A stretch of 64,000 nt of DNA from Promethearchaeati archaeon SRVP18_Atabeyarchaeia-1 (GCA_037308085.1 CP147779.1:576001-640000), one strand, 5' to 3'. Numbered from the stretch's first letter, positions 48,567 through 59,466 are shown. Notes: generated by a model not told the origin, from the letters alone. Numbers and translations are program-made.

Positions 48567-49707
48567 CCTTCTTTGGTATGAAGGAGCTGGGCATCTTGAC
48601 GACCTCTGCTTTCACTAGCCGTCCCCTGATTTTGACCCCAAGGATCATGCCTTTCTTTGCGTACTTGCGTTCCACGTAGCCAATGCCAATGCCTCGGTCG
48701 AGGACAGGCGAAAATGAACCACTTGATATTTTGCCGACAGTGCTTAACCCTCGAAGGATCTCGTAGCCAGTTCTGGGAATTCCCTTATCGAGGAGCGCTA
48801 AGCCAATCCGCGAGCGCTTGACGCCTCTTCTTCTCTGCGCCAAAAGAGCCTTCTTTCCAATAAACGACTTCTTCCTAAACTTGATGAAGGGCCTCAGCTC
48901 GGCTTCGAGCGGCGTGGTCTGCTCGTCGAGATCCTCTCCATACAGGGGCATTCCCGCTTCAAGCCTGAGGGTATCCCTGCACCCGAGTCCACATGGCAAT
49001 ATGCCAAACTCCTTTCCTGCATCCAAGATCGCCTCGAACAGCTCCACCGCCTTTCCAGAATCCTGTTCGGGAACATCAAATTGGCAGATCTCAAAGCCAT
49101 CCTCTCCGGTGTACCCTGTCCTTGATATCAGAACCCTGGAGCCGTGAAGCTCGACTATCTCAACGCCGAACCGCGGAACATCACTGAGATTGCTGTCGGC
49201 GAGTTTCTGCAAGGTAGACACGGCGTTGCGTCCCTGCACGGCGAACATTGGAGTGTAATCCGAGATGTTCTCGAGGCTGGTATCGTATTTCTTGACATGT
49301 GCGGCAAACCAGGTGAAATCCTTCTCCCTGTTTGACGCGTTGACTACAACGTAGAAATCATGATTCTCCAATCGGTATACGAAGAGATCATCAAGGATAC
49401 CGCCATCCCGTCTACACAGCAAGGCGTATTCCGACGATCCTACATGCACGCGAGTTAGATCGTTGGTGACAAGGTGGTTGAGGAAACGGCGAGACCCTGA
49501 ACCCTCTACGTGAAATCGACCCATGTGCGTTATGTCAAAAATGCCAACGGAATTTCTTACCGCGTTGTGCTCGGCTATGATTCCCGTCTTCTCATACCAA
49601 AGAGGCATATCAAAACCGGCAAATACGCTCATGTGTCCTCCATGCGAGACATGCCAATCGTGAAGGTGCGTCCTCCGAGGTTGCTCGCCAGCCAAGTCGA
49701 TCACCAA
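48559..49707 (-). CDS. gcvT: Glycine cleavage system aminomethyltransferase T
   Basis: FAGFDMPLWY, GIFDITHMG, SRTGYTGEDGFEI, GLGCRDTLRLEAG. Confidence 0.96.
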   Translation of the reverse strand: MVIDLAGEQPRRTHLHDWHVSHGGHMSVFAGFDMPLWYEKTGIIAEHNAVRNSVGIFDITHMGRFHVEGSGSRRFLNHLVTNDLTRVHVGSSEYALLCRRDGGILDDLFVYRLENHDFYVVVNASNREKDFTWFAAHVKKYDTSLENISDYTPMFAVQGRNAVSTLQKLADSNLSDVPRFGVEIVELHGSRVLISRTGYTGEDGFEICQFDVPEQDSGKAVELFEAILDAGKEFGILPCGLGCRDTLRLEAGMPLYGEDLDEQTTPLEAELRPFIKFRKKSFIGKKALLAQRRRGVKRSRIGLALLDKGIPRTGYEILRGLSTVGKISSGSFSPVLDRGIGIGYVERKYAKKGMILGVKIRGRLVKAEVVKMPSSFIPKKAK

Positions 49708-49886
49708 TTGATAGCTAATAGAATCTGTTATTAACGCTTTCCTACAATCCGATCACTTGAATTGGCTGTACCTATCTTCTGAAGACCAACGGGAACCAAT
49801 AACCCAATCATCTACTCTCGCAACACATGTGACCGACGCAGTCTCTCATGAAACAGGGAGGCAATCTAGCCATGGAGGGATGAAAT

Positions 49887-50693
49887 TTGGAGCTACATCC
49901 GATACATACTGGAATGATTAAAACAAATGACAACGTGACGGATACGATTCTCGAAGCACTGAGCAGAGATGGATTCAAGATCGAGGTCAAAGATATTATT
50001 GCGGTCACTTCAAAGGTGGTTTCGGTGTCGGAGGGTCGGGTAGTTGAGTTGAAGAGTATCACCCCCTCAAGTAGAGCCTATGCACTATCCAAGAGGTTCA
50101 ATGTCTTGCCAGAACTGACTGAACTAATAATAAGGGAGGCTGACACCATAATCGGGGGAATGGATGGCGTCATCCTTACTCTCAAGGACAACGCGCTCAT
50201 CGCAAATGCGGGGATCGATAAGAAGAACGCCGGGCCGGGCAGGGTGGTCCTCCATCCAAGAGACTCTTCCAAGACAGCCGAGAAAATAAGGAAGGAGATT
50301 CTTCAAAGAACGGGAAAGAAGGTGGGCGTCATCGTAACGGATACGCGTACTCAACCTCTTAGGATAGGGACGATAGGGATAGCTCTATCGGCAAGCGGGT
50401 TCGAACCCATAGTGGATGAGAGAGGCAAGCCAGACTTGTTCTGCAGACCGTTGCGGGTCACGAGGAGAGCATTGGCAGACCAGCTGGCAACGGCAGCGGA
50501 AATCCTGATGGGCGAAACCAACGAATGCATACCCGCGGTAGTCATCAGAGACGCTCCCGTAACTCTCAACGACAAAACGCCTAGTCCCTCTGCACTCTAC
50601 GTTTCTCCAGACGAGTGCTTCTACACGAAGATCCTTGCGGGCTACAAAAAAGGACATCCAAAGACGCCGGCAAGAGAGAAGCAACGCAAGTAA
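49887..50693 (+). CDS. cofE: Coenzyme F420-0:gamma-glutamyl ligase
   Basis: TSKVVS..EGR, ANAGID..N, VIVTDT, D.RG..DLF.R.L..T....ADQLA.AA...MGE..E..P.V.IR. Confidence 0.92.
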   Translation: MELHPIHTGMIKTNDNVTDTILEALSRDGFKIEVKDIIAVTSKVVSVSEGRVVELKSITPSSRAYALSKRFNVLPELTELIIREADTIIGGMDGVILTLKDNALIANAGIDKKNAGPGRVVLHPRDSSKTAEKIRKEILQRTGKKVGVIVTDTRTQPLRIGTIGIALSASGFEPIVDERGKPDLFCRPLRVTRRALADQLATAAEILMGETNECIPAVVIRDAPVTLNDKTPSPSALYVSPDECFYTKILAGYKKGHPKTPAREKQRK

Positions 50694-50747
50694 GTCGTTG
50701 AGTGACCTTGATTCGGGAGCCGCCAAGCGCAATAGGCAGGATGGCAG

Positions 50748-52868
50748 ATGGTCAGGCGATGCGGTGAAATGGCAATGGATAACAAGTTCACATTGATTCT
50801 TGCAGAGAAACCAGATGCCGCTAAGCGAATAGCTACCGCCTTAGCACAGAAGATCATAAGTAGTCCTGGGAGAGGAGAGCTACCGTTTTACGAAATCCTA
50901 AGAAACGGTGAAAGAATAAGAGTCATGGCCGCAGTTGGGCATCTATACACGTTGAAGCAGTCTGGCAAGGGCTGGGATTATCCAGTTCTCAGCATGGAGT
51001 GGGTTCCCAGGTATGAGGTTGACAAGACCGCCAGCAACACTAGACGATTCGTGCAGAAGTTCCGTGAACTCTCGGTTGATACGGGATCCTTCATGGTTGC
51101 CACCGACTATGATATTGAGGGCGAGACAATTGCTTACTGCATACTAAAGTATGCGTGCGGAGAGAATGCCTTCAGACAGGCAAAAAGATTGAGGTTCTCC
51201 TCTCTAACAGATAGGGAATTGGTCGAGGCCTACGAACACCCATTGGCTCACATAGATCTCAGAATGGCTGAGGCGGGTGAAACGAGGCATAAAGTCGATT
51301 GGCTCTTTGGCATAAACATTTCAAGAGCGCTTATACTTGCAGTGAAACACGCAACGGGCAGATATTGGACTCTCAGCACTGGACGTGTCCAAGGACCGAC
51401 CTTGACATTCGTAGCCAACCGAGAATCCGCAATTAGAAGCTTCGTGCCAACACCATACTGGATCATCAATGCAAGTGCCGAGATGGAAGGCCAATTCTAT
51501 CATCTAGGGTACTCCAAAGATAAGATCAAAACGCTGGATGAGGCCAAGCGAATCGTCGACGCATGTCTCAGGAAGAAAGGCATTATTGAAGAAATCGAAA
51601 AGAAGCAAAACAAGACGCCGCCTCCGCATCCATTTGACTTGGGTTCGCTTCAATCAGAGGCATACAAGTTGTTTGGCTATACCCCAAGCAGAACTTCGTC
51701 GATTGCAGAAAGACTTTATCTGGCAGCATTGATCTCATACCCGAGAACAGGTAGCCAAAAGATACCTGCTTCGCTCGACCCAAGAAGTATACTGAAGCCA
51801 TTGACTCGAATCAAGAAGTACGAGCCTCTTGTGACCGAGCTTCTGAGAAAGGAGAAGCTAGTTCCATCCCAGGGAAGGAAAGAGGATCCGGCACACCCGC
51901 CCATAACTCCCACAGGTGTGGTGCCTTCCGAGAATGCTCTCTCAGAACCTGAAAACAGGATCTTCGATTTGATTGTCAGGAGATTCATGGCCATCTACGG
52001 CGACCCGGCAGTAAGTGAGACCGTCAGTGCGACCGTAAATGTCAATGGCGAGACCTTCTACCTTAGGGGAAGAAAGCTGATTGAAAAGGGCTGGCGCAAG
52101 TTCTATGAGCCCTACATCAAAGAAGGAGACGTATTGCTTCCCGAAATAAGAGTGGGACAGATCATTGAGAATATCGAAGCAAGCAAGGTGGACAAGTTCA
52201 CAGGTCCTCCCCCCAGGTACAACCCGGGCACACTACTGAGACTGATGGAGGAGCAGGAAATCGGCACGAAGGCGACGCGAGCAGAGATAATCGATACACT
52301 GAATCGACGGGGATACGTCACAGGCGAACAAGTTGTTATCACAGATCTTGGTTTTGCGATCGTGGATGTATTGCGGAAGTACTCCCCGGAGATCCTATCG
52401 GTAGACACGACCCGCCAGTTGGAGAGAGATATAGAGAGAATTCAGTTCGGGGAGATCAAAGGACCGGAAGTGATTTCAAGAACCATATCCTTCCTCGAAC
52501 CAGTTCTCCAAGAATTCAAAGCAAGGGAGACAGTAATAGGAACTGCCCTCAATGAAGCGCTCCGTGAGTCGCTAAGAAAATCATCGACAATAGGCCCTTG
52601 CCCAGCCTGCAAGGCGGGCGAACTAATGGTGATAAGATCAAGGAAAACTGGAAAAAGATTCGTAGGTTGCACCAACTACCAGAATGGTGGATGCAGGTTT
52701 ACTGCACCCCTTCCCCAATCCGGAGTTGTCCAGCCGACCTTCAAGAAATGCCCAAGTTGCCAGTTCCCCATCGTCATTGTGAAACTGAAGGGCAGAAAAC
52801 CATGGCAGCTGTGCATCAACCCAGAGTGCGAAACGAAGACGAGAACCAGAGCGAAGCGGAGTACTTAA
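50748..52868 (+). CDS. topA: Type IA DNA topoisomerase with C-terminal Zn ribbons
   Basis: AEKP, ATDYDIEGE (TOPRIM), STGRVQGPTL, ISYPRT (catalytic Tyr), GTKATR. Confidence 0.96.
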   Translation: MVRRCGEMAMDNKFTLILAEKPDAAKRIATALAQKIISSPGRGELPFYEILRNGERIRVMAAVGHLYTLKQSGKGWDYPVLSMEWVPRYEVDKTASNTRRFVQKFRELSVDTGSFMVATDYDIEGETIAYCILKYACGENAFRQAKRLRFSSLTDRELVEAYEHPLAHIDLRMAEAGETRHKVDWLFGINISRALILAVKHATGRYWTLSTGRVQGPTLTFVANRESAIRSFVPTPYWIINASAEMEGQFYHLGYSKDKIKTLDEAKRIVDACLRKKGIIEEIEKKQNKTPPPHPFDLGSLQSEAYKLFGYTPSRTSSIAERLYLAALISYPRTGSQKIPASLDPRSILKPLTRIKKYEPLVTELLRKEKLVPSQGRKEDPAHPPITPTGVVPSENALSEPENRIFDLIVRRFMAIYGDPAVSETVSATVNVNGETFYLRGRKLIEKGWRKFYEPYIKEGDVLLPEIRVGQIIENIEASKVDKFTGPPPRYNPGTLLRLMEEQEIGTKATRAEIIDTLNRRGYVTGEQVVITDLGFAIVDVLRKYSPEILSVDTTRQLERDIERIQFGEIKGPEVISRTISFLEPVLQEFKARETVIGTALNEALRESLRKSSTIGPCPACKAGELMVIRSRKTGKRFVGCTNYQNGGCRFTAPLPQSGVVQPTFKKCPSCQFPIVIVKLKGRKPWQLCINPECETKTRTRAKRST

Positions 52869-52902
52869 GGGAAGTTATCCAACACTTGGGTTGCTCTCCA
52901 TC

Positions 52903-53163
52903 TCAAAGCTCCATCAAATATCCTCTCTCCAGCAAATAGTTTGCCATCTCCACAACCCATTCGCCTGAATTGGGGTTCTTGATGAGAAGGTTTAGGTACT
53001 GCTCTCTCGTGACTGATCCATAGGCATTTGCCCATACGCGGAACCCCTTCCGAATATTGTCTAGTGCCAACTGATGAGAGGAACAGAAGAGAGCACCATT
53101 GTGTAGCATTCTGGCTCGACAGATGGGGCAGGATTTACGGTTATCCTCATTTGTATTACTCAC
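52903..53163 (-). CDS. Small CxxC..CxxH Zn-binding hypothetical protein
   Basis: CPIC...FCSSH, W..AYG, GEWV.E. Confidence 0.65.
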   Translation of the reverse strand: MSNTNEDNRKSCPICRARMLHNGALFCSSHQLALDNIRKGFRVWANAYGSVTREQYLNLLIKNPNSGEWVVEMANYLLERGYLMEL

Positions 53164-53294
53164 AGGGGATCGCCTACGAAGTCCTTGGACTCACCGTTAT
53201 GATAAGAGAAAAACGCTAATGCTGCAACACATTTATAAACTTGGTCAAGCAATAATTTCAAACTGACTCATGCCGAAGGAGCGCGTGACACCAG

Positions 53295-53726
53295 ATGGTT
53301 CGAACCCCATGGCCTAGATTCCTGAGGAAGCCGAAGCTGAGGCTTGGCAAGCCGAGCCTGAGGATGCCACAGAAGCCATCCAGTTCCACAGTCTTTGGTC
53401 TCACGCTAGTGTTCCTCCTATTCGTATTTGGCGGAGGAGTGTGGGATATCGTCTTCAGAAGCCAACTGCTACCTTACGGCACACCTTCAAGCACATCAGT
53501 GGTCTATATCTATCCAAGTCTTGACGCCCAGTTTATTCTCGAAGGTCTAGTTGCCAGTGCCTTTATTTTCATCGGGTTTATGGGCGTCGTTATAATGTAC
53601 CAGAGTACGCGCCACGTGTATAGACCGAACTACGCAAGGCTACTGCTAATCTCAGGCATGGTCCTCGTCTTAATCGCCTACATCGTGGCGATAATAATGT
53701 TAGGCGCGAAGTTCACGACGAGCTAG
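53295..53726 (+). CDS. OST3/OST6-family, OSTC(DC2)-like oligosaccharyltransferase subunit
   Basis: Three TM segments. GGGVWDIV...QFILEGLVASAFIFIG parallels OSTC GGIIYDVI...QYIMEGLASSFLF. Confidence 0.75.
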   Translation: MVRTPWPRFLRKPKLRLGKPSLRMPQKPSSSTVFGLTLVFLLFVFGGGVWDIVFRSQLLPYGTPSSTSVVYIYPSLDAQFILEGLVASAFIFIGFMGVVIMYQSTRHVYRPNYARLLLISGMVLVLIAYIVAIIMLGAKFTTS

Positions 53727-53760
53727 CAGGAGAGGCATGCGCGTGCCACCCTAGGACCAC

Positions 53761-54315
53761 TTACCAGGGAACTCTTTTGAGACCTAGCAGGTAGCTGAGA
53801 CCATTAGTCAACAGATGAATCAAGGGCGTAGCAACAACTAGAATGATCACGTATTCCCAGGGAACAGGAAAAACGAAGGAAACCAGTGCAAATGCCACAA
53901 CCAGAAAGGTTAGTTGGTCAAGAACCGGCGCAGGTGCTCCTCTCCTGAATCCCATTCTTCTTTTGATGAACGAGCCTAGCAGATCACCCGTGAGCGCTCC
54001 CAACGATAGCAAAAGTGCTCGCGAGAGCGTGCACTGAAGGGTCTCAATCGAGATTGATGACAGTATCGTCAGTTTGCCAAGCTCGAAGATAACTCTGCTT
54101 GAGACAAAAGATTCAAATATGCCTACCAGGAGCCCTCCAATGATTCCTCCCGCAAAACCCCTTATCGTTTTTCCGTCCCCGAAAACTCTCCGTCCATCGA
54201 AGAAGTCTCTCCCAAAATCCATTGGCTTGCCTCCACCTACCAGTACCGGTACCGCATTAGCCGCGTAGGCAGGAAAGACAAACCAGAAAGACAGAGCCAC
54301 AGTCCAGATATCCAT
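53761..54315 (-). CDS. carS: CDP-archaeol synthase
   Basis: PAYAANA.PV, P.D.G..F.DG.R.FGDGKT.RG, GDLLGSFIKRR.G..RG...P.LDQL. GGAGG before the ATG at 54315. Confidence 0.93.
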   Translation of the reverse strand: MDIWTVALSFWFVFPAYAANAVPVLVGGGKPMDFGRDFFDGRRVFGDGKTIRGFAGGIIGGLLVGIFESFVSSRVIFELGKLTILSSISIETLQCTLSRALLLSLGALTGDLLGSFIKRRMGFRRGAPAPVLDQLTFLVVAFALVSFVFPVPWEYVIILVVATPLIHLLTNGLSYLLGLKRVPW

Positions 54316-54367
54316 ATCCGCTTGACCTCCAGCATTTGTCTGATTTGCACCCGAAGGTTGTCCCGCA

Positions 54368-55051
54368 CTAGGAGGCGCCCAGCGCACTCGGGGAAAAGGT
54401 AGCAGAGCCCCCCACAGCGTGGCGGTGATGTTTCTCTAGGATGGCCTTTCTACAACCTGGACCACCCGCTATCTCAAGCCTCAATGACACGTTGCACCAA
54501 GGGCCGACGACTTGACTCCCAACTGGAGCGAAGCCTGCCTCGGCATCTTTGCGAGGACCCCCCCTAGCTTGATTCAATATCATGACAGCCACATCGGAGC
54601 GCTCCGCAACGTGCAGTAACATGGCCATTTGCCTGCACAGCTCCATGCTGAAGTAAACGTTCTCTTCTCGATCAAGGCTCATCGCGTATCTGTAAAGGGA
54701 ACCAACTGAATCAAAAACGATCAACTGAACACCCTCCTTGACCAGCATCTCGATTGAATCAATTATGTTTGACTGTTCCGAGAACGAGCGAGGCGACAAG
54801 AGGAGGAACTTACACAAATCAAGACCGCCAAAGCGGCGCGAAATCTGAAGGAACCGCTTCCTTGGGAATGAGGAATCTGCAACAACATAAACAACCTTCC
54901 CGCCTTTGGACACGCAGCCCAGTGCACACTGGAGCGCTATGGACGTCTTACCAGAACCTGCAGCACCGTAGATCTGTGTAAGAATTCCACTTTCGATACC
55001 ACCACCCAGCAGGTCGTCTATGGGTTTACACAAGGTCGGAATAATCTTCAA
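54368..55051 (-). CDS. radB: RadB paralog recombinase
   Basis: DDLLGGG, TQIYGAAGSGKT, NQ and the KHR-like C-terminal motif (LEKHHR). GGAGG before a TTG at 55051. Confidence 0.85.
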   Translation of the reverse strand: MKIIPTLCKPIDDLLGGGIESGILTQIYGAAGSGKTSIALQCALGCVSKGGKVVYVVADSSFPRKRFLQISRRFGGLDLCKFLLLSPRSFSEQSNIIDSIEMLVKEGVQLIVFDSVGSLYRYAMSLDREENVYFSMELCRQMAMLLHVAERSDVAVMILNQARGGPRKDAEAGFAPVGSQVVGPWCNVSLRLEIAGGPGCRKAILEKHHRHAVGGSATFSPSALGAS

Positions 55052-55157
55052 GCGATTTCTCCTCCAAGCTTTGCGAAAACAAGGCGTCTGGCAATCCGTG
55101 GGAACATGAACATCTTGCGTATCAACCCTAGTCACACTTAGTTTGAGACAAGCTTCT

Positions 55158-57128
55158 TTAAGTTATTGAAGGCCCAACCGAGCCATAGAATTCTCGAAGT
55201 TCACGGAAGATCCTTCCATCCTCGTCTGGAAGGACTTTACAGGATTCGCGGATCCAGGAGGGTAGGAGCCTGAGGCACGGAGACCCCGCGAACCTGTAAT
55301 CCAAGAACACGACGGCGCCTCTGTCATCACCCGATCTGAACGCCCTCCCAGCAGCCTGTGAGGCCTTTCTCACCGCAGGCACATTATATCCATATTCTTT
55401 GCCCTTCTTGGGAAACTTGGATTCGTAGTAGTCGATTGAAGCCTTTACCCGAGCTGTTGGTTTCGCGTAGGGAACTCCTACTACAATGACAGTATCCAAT
55501 AGGTTCCCCGGCAGATCTAGTCCTTCAGAATTCCTCCCCCCTTGTACCCCTAGTAGGACGCCGCCCCCAGATGAGGCGCTCTCGCGGAAGCGTTCAATCA
55601 GCTCGTCGTTTCTCGTTGAAGTGGAGCCAGATGTCTCGACAAACAGGGGCTTACGCAACAGAGCCTCCAGGCCAGCCTCCATCAGCCCGTGAAGAACCTC
55701 ATACGAGGCCGCAAAAATGCCTGAATTAAGAGGGGTCGAGTTCACAGCTTCGGCAGTGCGCGCTGAGAGCTTCTCGTACGTCTTCATCGATCTCGCGGTT
55801 AATGACGTGGTTACGCCTCTGCAGATTACGATCTTTATGTTCTCTTTCGGAAAAGGCGAACCAAAGACGTATCCCTTGGTTTCTTTTGGCAGCCCTACGA
55901 CGTCGATGTAGCAGTCAAGCGGCTCAAGTGTTCCTGACATGCTGATGCTCGAGTGGAAATCTGGTAGCACATGCGCCAATACCTCCGCTGGATCAAGACA
56001 TAAAACCTCCAAGTACGTAGTGAAGTCGGCGCCTGAACCCCCGTTGCCTCTTTTGCCTATAAGGTGCAAGTAGTTCTTCTTGGCGCAGGTATCGAGCCAT
56101 TTTAGTAGAAATGCCGCTACACGATGAATATTAGATCTAGGTGGCTTTCCTCTGTCCAGAAGGGCCCGCTTGACCGATTCCCCTTGGCCATGCAGGGACT
56201 CAAGCATCCCGTCGATCCTGTCCGACTTATCACCACATTCACTTAGTATTCTGTTTATCAGAACCGAAGCGGGGAGAGCCGTCTCAGCCAGTGCACTGTA
56301 CTCCTGTAAGCTGTCAACTGCCCGCGCAACATTCGCAAGGAATCTATGAGATTCTGGTAGACCAAAACTTCTCGCCTCAATCTCCGCTCTCTTTAGGGTG
56401 AAGTCACCCAGTCTGTCACTCGCCGTATTGATGGCCGCGTCCGGAAGATTGTGAGCCTCATCCATGACCAAGATATATGAGGACAGTGGATGCTCGAAGT
56501 TCTTCAATAGGGACTGCCTAATCTCATCGTGCAGAAGGTAGTTGTAGCTCATCGCGGCTACGTCGACCTTGCCGACAACGAGCTTTGCTAATTCATATGG
56601 GCATACGCCAAGTCTCTTACAGGTTTCGACAACTTCGGTGAAGAGTGAGGGCTGGACAGTGATTCTCCGCAATTCCTCTTCAAAGCTTCTGCCACGATTT
56701 CTGAGCCTCTCGAAAAAGCGACAAGAATGGCGCTTCTTGAGTTCGCCACATATCTCCATCGCAGTGGTTGCATCGATAGCGTACCGAGAGATAAGCTTGT
56801 TGAAGCAGGCCTCAGATCTACCGCGAATTGATATTCCACTCGCCTGAACAGAGGATCTGTTAATGACTTTCAGTTCCTCAATTGCTCTGTCACACTCTTT
56901 GTGGGTCCGCGCAACATAGAGGATCCTCAAACCGTTCTCTTTCGCAAAGGGTAGAGTTGCAGCGAGCACGCCAATTGTCTTACCGAGGCCGCTTGCCGCA
57001 GCGACTGCTATGTGTTCTCCCTGCCTAACTGCATCATAAATGACGTTAATGAATTCATCTTGATACCGCCTGACTGTCGGATAAGGAAAGCAATTTAGGC
57101 GAGGAGACGACAAGAAAGACACCAACAC
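55158..57128 (-). CDS. xpd: XPD/Rad3-family Fe-S DNA helicase
   Basis: Q motif RRYQ, SGLGKT, four Fe-S cysteines, DEAHNL, SGTL, QAAGRAFR...DRG. Confidence 0.92.
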   Translation of the reverse strand: MLVSFLSSPRLNCFPYPTVRRYQDEFINVIYDAVRQGEHIAVAAASGLGKTIGVLAATLPFAKENGLRILYVARTHKECDRAIEELKVINRSSVQASGISIRGRSEACFNKLISRYAIDATTAMEICGELKKRHSCRFFERLRNRGRSFEEELRRITVQPSLFTEVVETCKRLGVCPYELAKLVVGKVDVAAMSYNYLLHDEIRQSLLKNFEHPLSSYILVMDEAHNLPDAAINTASDRLGDFTLKRAEIEARSFGLPESHRFLANVARAVDSLQEYSALAETALPASVLINRILSECGDKSDRIDGMLESLHGQGESVKRALLDRGKPPRSNIHRVAAFLLKWLDTCAKKNYLHLIGKRGNGGSGADFTTYLEVLCLDPAEVLAHVLPDFHSSISMSGTLEPLDCYIDVVGLPKETKGYVFGSPFPKENIKIVICRGVTTSLTARSMKTYEKLSARTAEAVNSTPLNSGIFAASYEVLHGLMEAGLEALLRKPLFVETSGSTSTRNDELIERFRESASSGGGVLLGVQGGRNSEGLDLPGNLLDTVIVVGVPYAKPTARVKASIDYYESKFPKKGKEYGYNVPAVRKASQAAGRAFRSGDDRGAVVFLDYRFAGSPCLRLLPSWIRESCKVLPDEDGRIFRELREFYGSVGPSIT

Positions 57129-57358
57129 CTCCTAGTTATATTCCTTGTTAATAATAGTTCCATCTATTGGAGAGGCAACCTGTCTTAAGTCTCATTGGTC
57201 TGCCTGAAGCATTGAACGCAGGCTGGATCTGCGACACAATTAGGCTGTCTCCTGAGCCAGAATCCACCACCTTTTATAGGAGGGCACCAAATGATTGATC
57301 AGGGCGCCTAATCTCCTTCAGTTACCCGGACAGTGTCTGACGGAACGTGGGATATGGA

Positions 57359-57718
57359 ATGACTATAAGACTCGTCGAAGAGTCATGTGAACTCACGGGT
57401 GCGAAGCTTTCAGTGTCCATACTTAGCCTTGAAAACGCCACACTTGTGCTGGTAACGGACAAGAGAAATCAGTACAGGATTGGAACCGTCGCGCTCGCAA
57501 TGCCGATAACGGGGAGAACAGGAGAGGCACCACCATCTATCCTCACGCTATTCGGCTCGGGAGGAGGACTTCTTGCGAAGGCTCTTGCGGGGAGGATATC
57601 AAATAGGACAGGCAAGACAGTGCTTTCAATAGTGGGTTTAATGGACGATGACCTGGGAACAGTTTCATCAATACTTAGAGTATCGGAGAGAATCCTAGAG
57701 AAGATGTCATCCACTTAG
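57359..57718 (+). CDS. Proteasome assembly chaperone 4 (PAC4/PSMG4)-like protein
   Basis: LENA.LV.V...IGTVALAMP...S..LFG...LAK.LA.RIS.RTGKTV parallels the PAC4 pattern. Confidence 0.65.
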   Translation: MTIRLVEESCELTGAKLSVSILSLENATLVLVTDKRNQYRIGTVALAMPITGRTGEAPPSILTLFGSGGGLLAKALAGRISNRTGKTVLSIVGLMDDDLGTVSSILRVSERILEKMSST

Positions 57719-57787
57719 CTATGATATTGCGTCAAACGATGAAAGCCATAGGAGCACAGACCATAAGTAGTTCGAGAAGATAACAGA

Positions 57788-59089
57788 GTGCAAGTGTATT
57801 GTGAGATGAAAGGTAAAATGTCGAAAGCTTGGGGTTTCATTAAGTGCCCTCTTTACAACTACATACACATAAGCCGCTTTGAAAAGGATCTCATAGACAC
57901 CTATCCATTTCAGAGGCTAAGGAGGCTTAGACAGCTCGTTGGGGCAGAGTACGTTTACCCTGGTGCATGCCATACTCGACTCGAGCATTCTCTGGGAGTA
58001 ATGCACTTGGCTGGAGAGCTGTCGACTAATCTGGAAAAGAGCGGGCAGCTCAAAAAAACAGAAGTGCAGGAGATCAAGATCTCAGCACTCCTCCACGATA
58101 TTGGGCATGGTCCCTTCTCGCACGTCTTTGAGCCATTGTTGATTCAGGATCTGAAAAAGACGCATGAGGATATGAGTACTTGGATCATTAGGAAGACCGA
58201 AGTCGCTGATATCATGAATAACGAAGGAGTAGATCCTGCCAGGGTCAGCGAACTAGCAGTAGGCAGACTCAAAGACGCCAAGAAGTTCATGAACCAAATC
58301 ATATCGAGTGCCGTGGACGTTGACAAGATGGATTTTGTCGGAAGAGATACTTATCACACTGGAGCGGAGTACGGGCATGTTGACATCTTCCGACTTATAT
58401 ACACCATGGACACATTGGATGACTGCATAGCAGTTGACTTGACTGCACTGACTACTCTTGAAACCTTCATTCTCGCTAGGATTGAATCCTTCAGAGCCAT
58501 CTACTTCCATCGTGTCTCCAGGGCAGCTCAGATAATGCTTGAGAAGGCCTTGTACTACGCCAGAGACGAGCTGGGCATCACGAAGTTTGACAGCGTCGAC
58601 GACTACTTGAAGTTGGATGACTACACGATGTGGACTTATTTGAAGCAAGCAAAGGAGTCGGGAAAGATAATCGATAGACTCGAGCGACGAGATCTGCTGA
58701 AACAGGCTTATGAGAAGACGTTTCTAGCCAAGGACGAGATGCTTACCAGTGTTCTGACAAACGAGAAGATCCGATCAGAGCTTGAGAACCAATTATCCAA
58801 AACTGCAAACCTGCCCCCTGAGCAGGTGATAATAGATGTCCCCTCCTTGCCATCAGTGGCTACATCCCATGCGATGTCTCCGGAGCACATGGAGATTCCT
58901 ATGTTCTACAAGGATCATAATGGCAGGAAGAACCCACGCAGGTTGAGCGATGCATCAAAAATAATAGATCTACTTAGAGGATACATGAACATAGTGAGAG
59001 TTTACACGACTCGAGAGAACAGAGAAGCCGTCAGCAGAGCCTCGGAAAAGCTTCTCGGAAGACCGCAGTCACTAGAGATATCATATTGA
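57788..59089 (+). CDS. HD-domain dNTP triphosphohydrolase (SAMHD1-like)
   Basis: FQRLRRLRQL, H.R.EHSLG, LLHDIGHGPFSH.FE, DVDKMD...RD, YFH. Confidence 0.93.
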   Translation: MQVYCEMKGKMSKAWGFIKCPLYNYIHISRFEKDLIDTYPFQRLRRLRQLVGAEYVYPGACHTRLEHSLGVMHLAGELSTNLEKSGQLKKTEVQEIKISALLHDIGHGPFSHVFEPLLIQDLKKTHEDMSTWIIRKTEVADIMNNEGVDPARVSELAVGRLKDAKKFMNQIISSAVDVDKMDFVGRDTYHTGAEYGHVDIFRLIYTMDTLDDCIAVDLTALTTLETFILARIESFRAIYFHRVSRAAQIMLEKALYYARDELGITKFDSVDDYLKLDDYTMWTYLKQAKESGKIIDRLERRDLLKQAYEKTFLAKDEMLTSVLTNEKIRSELENQLSKTANLPPEQVIIDVPSLPSVATSHAMSPEHMEIPMFYKDHNGRKNPRRLSDASKIIDLLRGYMNIVRVYTTRENREAVSRASEKLLGRPQSLEISY

Positions 59090-59127
59090 GTTGCATTAAC
59101 CACTGCGATCTTGATCTTAATGGGAAC

Positions 59128-59466
59128 CTACTTTCCGACAACGTAGGAGCGGATCTCTTCCCAGAGCTCCTTGCGAAGCCTAGCGATATCGTTCAATTCA
59201 ACGACCTCTGCGTCTTTGACGGCATTCTGAAGCTGGATTACGTTACCTACCGCACTAACATTTTTGACATCGACGGGGAATTCAACGTCGAGGCCTTTCA
59301 CAATCAGCTCAACACGAGGGCCTGGAAGAGCGATCCTTATGCTTCTTACTATGCCAACGATTCTTGCGGCTCCGTCTATCACGGCTCTCCCAACAAGTCG
59401 CCCAGGCATCATGAGCTCATAAAGTTCGGCTTCTGTTACGGATCGTATATCCTCAGGGGGTACCAA
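59128..59466 (-). CDS. PRC-barrel domain protein
   Basis: LVGRAVID..ARIVG.V...I and V..V.AVGNVI.L. GGAGG SD. Confidence 0.75.
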   Translation of the reverse strand: MVPPEDIRSVTEAELYELMMPGRLVGRAVIDGAARIVGIVRSIRIALPGPRVELIVKGLDVEFPVDVKNVSAVGNVIQLQNAVKDAEVVELNDIARLRKELWEEIRSYVVGK

